From positions 355 through 64,354 of the forward strand of contig DAONEP010000008.1 of NCBI GenBank assembly GCA_035403165.1: a DNA stretch of 64,000 nucleotides, written 5' to 3'. This stretch comes from Bacteroidales bacterium. Its GTDB lineage: Bacteria; Bacteroidota; Bacteroidia; Bacteroidales; UBA4417. Both the position numbers and the translations under genes were made by a program. The notes beneath the pieces are model-generated. The model worked only from the letters and a program-made list of their open reading frames with translations. It did no database searches and was not told the origin of the DNA. Positions 60,527 through 64,000 of the stretch are shown here, one piece after another. Numbering within the stretch: the stretch's first letter is position 1; each line of letters opens with the position of its first letter.

Positions 60527-62173
60527 ATGCTTCAGGAAAATTTCGTTAAATATATCGAAGACAGCCTCAAGAAGAATTGGGAACTCCCTGCCTTGGCCGA
60601 CTACAATGGTGAATCGTACAAATACTCGGATATAGCCGTACAAATAACGCGCCTGCATGAATTTTTACGGCTGGCCGGCGTGAGCCAGCAGGATAAGGTG
60701 GCCCTTGTGGGAAAAAACTCAGCCCGATGGTGCATTACCTATCTGGCTATTGTAACCTATGGGGCTGTAATTGTACCCATACTTCCCGATTTCAAGCCTG
60801 AAGATTTGCACGGAATTCTCAATCATTCTGATGCAATGATGCTTTTTGCCGACGAAATATTTGCAAAAGATCTTCGGCCTGAGCAACTCCCTTCGGTGAA
60901 AGGCATTTTTTCGGTTTTCGATTACGCTATGATCCATTCCGGCAATGATCAGATCAAAGCTGCTTATGAACAGTCGTCGGTTTTAAAACCGGTGTCCGAA
61001 AGTTCGCTTACAGCCGATAAGCTTGCATTTGATCCGGTTCCAAACGACAGGCTTGCCGCCATCAGCTATACTTCGGGAACTGCCGGATTTGTAAAAGGCG
61101 TGATGCTCCAGCACAACAGCCTTGCTGCAAACATTAAGTATGCGCAACATAACATGCCTTTGCAGCCGGGAGATAAAATTGTTTCCTTCCTGCCGCTGGC
61201 GCATGCTTTCGGTGCAGCTTTCGAATTTTTATTTCCTTTTACGCTGGGATGCAGCATTACCATCCTCACCAAAACGCCTTCCCCTCAGATAGCCTTGCAG
61301 GCTTTTCAGGAGGTAAGACCGGCCCTGGTATTGTCGGTTCCGCTGGTGATCGAGAAAATTTTCAAGAAGCAGATTCAGCCTGTGATCAGTAAATGGTACA
61401 TGAAAGTGCTGCTGCTGATACCGGGTGTGAGGGGCAAGATCCACACAAAAATCAGGGAAAAACTGGTATCGGCGTTCGGCGGGCAGTTTCATGAAATTGT
61501 GATCGGAGGCGCGCCTTTCAACAAGCAGGTAGAAAGATTTTTTCACAAGATCAAATTCCCGTTTACCGTGGGTTACGGCATGACGGAATGCGGCCCCCTG
61601 ATCTGTTATCAAAACTGGCGCGAAACACGGATCGGGGCTTCCGGTAAGGTTGTCGACACCCTAGAACTTAAGATCGATTCACCCGATCCCCGGAATATTC
61701 CCGGCGAAATTTCGGTGAAAGGCGATAATGTGATGCTAGGGTACTATAAAAACCCCGAATTAACGGCCGAAATAATTGATGCCAACGGCTGGCTGCATAC
61801 CGGCGACCTGGGGCTGGTTGATGCGGAAGGACGGATATATCTGAAAGGACGCAGTAAAAGTATGATCCTTGGCCCGAACGGCAAAAATATCTATCCCGAC
61901 GAAATTGAGAACCGCCTGAATAACCGGCATGGTATCGGCGAATCGCTGATTGTAAGCCGCAACAATAAACTGATAGCATTACTGTATCCGGATCAGGATG
62001 TGGTGGCCCATGAGAAATTGGCCCGTGAGGATCTTGAAAAACTGTTTGAACATCACCGTAAGGCTGTCAACAAACAGGTGCCGCATTTTATCTCGATCGC
62101 CGGCTTCGAAATCCAGGATAAAGAGTTTGCCAAAACTCCCAAAAGAAGTATCAAACGTTTCCTTTATTCGTAA
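60527..62173 (+). CDS. AMP-binding enzyme, long-chain fatty acid-CoA ligase-like
   Basis: 548 aa. It has the AMP-binding motif ISYTSGTAGFVKGVML plus GYGMTECG and TGDLG. Confidence 0.8.
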   Translation: MLQENFVKYIEDSLKKNWELPALADYNGESYKYSDIAVQITRLHEFLRLAGVSQQDKVALVGKNSARWCITYLAIVTYGAVIVPILPDFKPEDLHGILNHSDAMMLFADEIFAKDLRPEQLPSVKGIFSVFDYAMIHSGNDQIKAAYEQSSVLKPVSESSLTADKLAFDPVPNDRLAAISYTSGTAGFVKGVMLQHNSLAANIKYAQHNMPLQPGDKIVSFLPLAHAFGAAFEFLFPFTLGCSITILTKTPSPQIALQAFQEVRPALVLSVPLVIEKIFKKQIQPVISKWYMKVLLLIPGVRGKIHTKIREKLVSAFGGQFHEIVIGGAPFNKQVERFFHKIKFPFTVGYGMTECGPLICYQNWRETRIGASGKVVDTLELKIDSPDPRNIPGEISVKGDNVMLGYYKNPELTAEIIDANGWLHTGDLGLVDAEGRIYLKGRSKSMILGPNGKNIYPDEIENRLNNRHGIGESLIVSRNNKLIALLYPDQDVVAHEKLAREDLEKLFEHHRKAVNKQVPHFISIAGFEIQDKEFAKTPKRSIKRFLYS

Positions 62174-62205
62174 AGGATTCCCCGGAACGGACCAGGAACC
62201 GTTTT

Positions 62206-64000
62206 CTATTTCATGCGGTTGATTTCCTTGGCCAGTTGTTCGCCAATTCCGATTTTATACCCTTCGGAGAAATAAAACAGGTTTCCGCCGGTATCCGAAA
62301 TCATGATAACAGGCATACTGGCATCAAGTTTTCTGCCTTTTATTTTCCCAACGGCATCAAGAAGCTTTCCCTGTTTATCATAAGCAAAAATGCTGTGGGC
62401 GGGCAGGTCCTTGTATGTTTCGGGGTTGAAGGCCTGTGTTATCCTGCCTTCTGTAAGCAGAAAAACGAGACCTCCGTTCCATTTTTCGATGACGGAACGA
62501 ACCGCAGGAATATCAGCCATTACGTGTTTCGACGGTTCCTTGTCGGGATCAATCCACACCAGGATGACGCCTTTATGGTTCATGACATCGCTCATTTTCA
62601 GCGTCTTTTTATCAACATAATTTTCCAGGCTGAAGTTGTCAGGAACAATCGCGCCCCAGGGCTTTTGCTCTTCGAACGATTCGCGCATGGTAACTTCCAG
62701 ATCAATGGTCTTGCCTGCTGGAACATCGAAGAAAGTAATTGATGACAAAACGCTCCCGTCGGCCTGCCGGTTACCCGTCACAAGGTAATAAGCGCCGGCT
62801 TCAACCGAAAGGGGTTCGGTGAAGTCGCTGACTGATTTTCCCTCTGCCAGTTCCAGGGTGCGGTATACGCCATCCGACAGACGTGCGACCGTAAAATTGA
62901 TGTAATACTTTGGGTCTGTTGCCGGATTACCATTCACAAAACGGATGAAACCTTTTTGGGCAATATTTTCTGCGACGGGTTCAAAAGCCACATTCTGCCA
63001 ATCATCGTTTTGCCGGTACTGCGGAATGCCTGTTGCCGGGTTGATGCGGGCCGGGATGGCCATGCTCCGGCATAATGCAACAAAGAATATGTCGCGTGAA
63101 CGTTTGTCGGCAACGCGGAGTTCATAAACGCCACGGGGAGAAAGCGGAGAACGTGAATGCAGGTTGGCGGTGTTGTCGATCCGGATGTTGGTTTTGATCC
63201 AATCAATAATTATGTTGATGTCTTTTTGCGCCTTTGCCGCAAATTCGGCGTTAAATTTCTTCTGCAGGAAGGCATGCCAGGGAAGCATCATCTCGTTGGC
63301 AATCCGTCCCGACATCACGTACCGGGCGAAAAATTCCCTGTCGGCGGGTTCGTTGCTGCCTGCGTAGGTAAAGGCATTGTCCAGATGATCCCTCAATATG
63401 GATTCCCGGGTATCCCGGATATCCTTTTCGGTTATCACTCCCAGCATGTACATTGCCCATTGCATCTTGCCTGCAGGCGTGTTCTGGAGGAACGATTTTA
63501 TTTCCTTGCTGTTGCCATAACTCAGGGTGAGGTATTTAACGGCTTTTTCGCGGCTGATACCCAGCTTGCCGGCAAAGGCGACCGCCTGCACCGAGTCGGT
63601 GAAAGTGGCCATATAGGCCGAACGGATGGAATCTTCATGATTTAACCGTTGTGTGTTACGGCTGCGCTGAAGGTCGGTTACCTTGCTATCGAGCGGGGTT
63701 TTCTCAACAGGAGGCACCAGGTCAAAGATTTCTCCGGCAGCATGGGGCCGGCCTGGCTGAAGGACTACAGTGTCGGTCGATTCAACTGTAATCTTACGGT
63801 AATCGAATTTTCCGTCCAGGGTGGCCCATAGCAAAAGGTCGCCCAGGCCCGTTGTGATGCCGCATACTCCTTTGCTGTCGGTGGTTTGCCGTGCGATCGG
63901 GTAAAACTCGGCATAGTTGTATAGCTGAAATTCTACAGTCGCATCTTTCACCGGCTTACCGGATGCGTCCACTACCCTGACAAAAATGGGTTTTGTTTCG
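62206..64000 (-). CDS. multidomain protein, partial (5' end beyond the right window edge): CarboxypepD_reg-like beta-sandwich, degenerate transglutaminase-like segment, C-terminal thioredoxin-like region
   Basis: The frame stays open to position 64000. VVDASGKPVKDATVEF...TTDSKGVCGI is CarbopepD_reg-like. RDIFFVALCRSMAIPARINPATG resembles the helix after the transglutaminase catalytic Cys. The C-terminus KGVILVWIDPDKEPSKH... is TlpA/thioredoxin-like but lacks a CxxC. Confidence 0.4.
   Translation of the reverse strand, partial: ETKPIFVRVVDASGKPVKDATVEFQLYNYAEFYPIARQTTDSKGVCGITTGLGDLLLWATLDGKFDYRKITVESTDTVVLQPGRPHAAGEIFDLVPPVEKTPLDSKVTDLQRSRNTQRLNHEDSIRSAYMATFTDSVQAVAFAGKLGISREKAVKYLTLSYGNSKEIKSFLQNTPAGKMQWAMYMLGVITEKDIRDTRESILRDHLDNAFTYAGSNEPADREFFARYVMSGRIANEMMLPWHAFLQKKFNAEFAAKAQKDINIIIDWIKTNIRIDNTANLHSRSPLSPRGVYELRVADKRSRDIFFVALCRSMAIPARINPATGIPQYRQNDDWQNVAFEPVAENIAQKGFIRFVNGNPATDPKYYINFTVARLSDGVYRTLELAEGKSVSDFTEPLSVEAGAYYLVTGNRQADGSVLSSITFFDVPAGKTIDLEVTMRESFEEQKPWGAIVPDNFSLENYVDKKTLKMSDVMNHKGVILVWIDPDKEPSKHVMADIPAVRSVIEKWNGGLVFLLTEGRITQAFNPETYKDLPAHSIFAYDKQGKLLDAVGKIKGRKLDASMPVIMISDTGGNLFYFSEGYKIGIGEQLAKEINRMK

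Noticed and set aside
1-64000. A search for mobile elements, prophage, defence islands, tRNA/rRNA and CRISPR.
   Set aside because: I recognised no integrase, transposase, recombinase, restriction-modification, toxin-antitoxin, reverse transcriptase or cas-like ORF. I also found no tRNA-like cloverleaf or rRNA sequence in the intergenic regions I inspected.

Overview
This is a chromosomal segment from a Bacteroidota-type anaerobe. The evidence is many T9SS C-terminal sorting domains, TAnnTTTG -7 promoter boxes, lipoprotein signal peptides and a HydF hydrogenase maturase. Coding density is high, and I found no rRNA, tRNA, CRISPR array, transposase, integrase or phage genes.

Gene content in order:
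- a partial AddB-like PD-(D/E)XK nuclease gene
- a MurNAc-recycling-like pair: a MurU-like nucleotidyltransferase and an AmgK-like kinase that carries a fused RapZ C-terminal domain
- an 1806-aa lipoprotein alpha-2-macroglobulin with an intact CxEQ thioester, then a GNAT acetyltransferase
- two T9SS cargo proteins, one with BNR/Asp-box motifs, then an FKBP isomerase
- a minus-strand fucoside/fucose block: GH97, an unassigned 731-aa secreted protein, fucA, fucI, fucK, an unusual cytidylyltransferase-GHMP kinase fusion, fucP and a GH29 fucosidase
- a patatin-like lipase, ftcD, an aldo/keto reductase and a lipoprotein
- an AspA-like lyase, hydF and an RseC-like protein
- an exbB-exbD-exbD-tonB cluster followed by a small membrane protein, a PstS-like protein and a TPR protein
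- an OmpA protein with TSP3 repeats
- three tandem C10 (streptopain-family) cysteine peptidase paralogs with CUB-like domains and T9SS CTDs, interrupted by a DUF2752 + TM2 gene pair whose TM2 gene carries an in-frame TAG
- hutI, several small secreted proteins, an alpha/beta hydrolase, cutC, an acyl-CoA ligase and a partial multidomain protein

I see no clear-cut defence or mobile system. The best candidates for new biology are:
- the compact cytidylyltransferase-GHMP kinase fusion inside the fucose operon, a possible non-Fkp fucose salvage enzyme
- the APH-kinase::RapZ-C fusion next to the MurU-like gene
- two tandem hairpin-plus-terminator modules with a compensatory stem change, which may be sRNAs
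- the unassigned 731-aa secreted protein in the glycosidase cluster
- the AspA-like/HydF/RseC-like trio

All family assignments come from motif recognition by eye and need HMM or structure confirmation.
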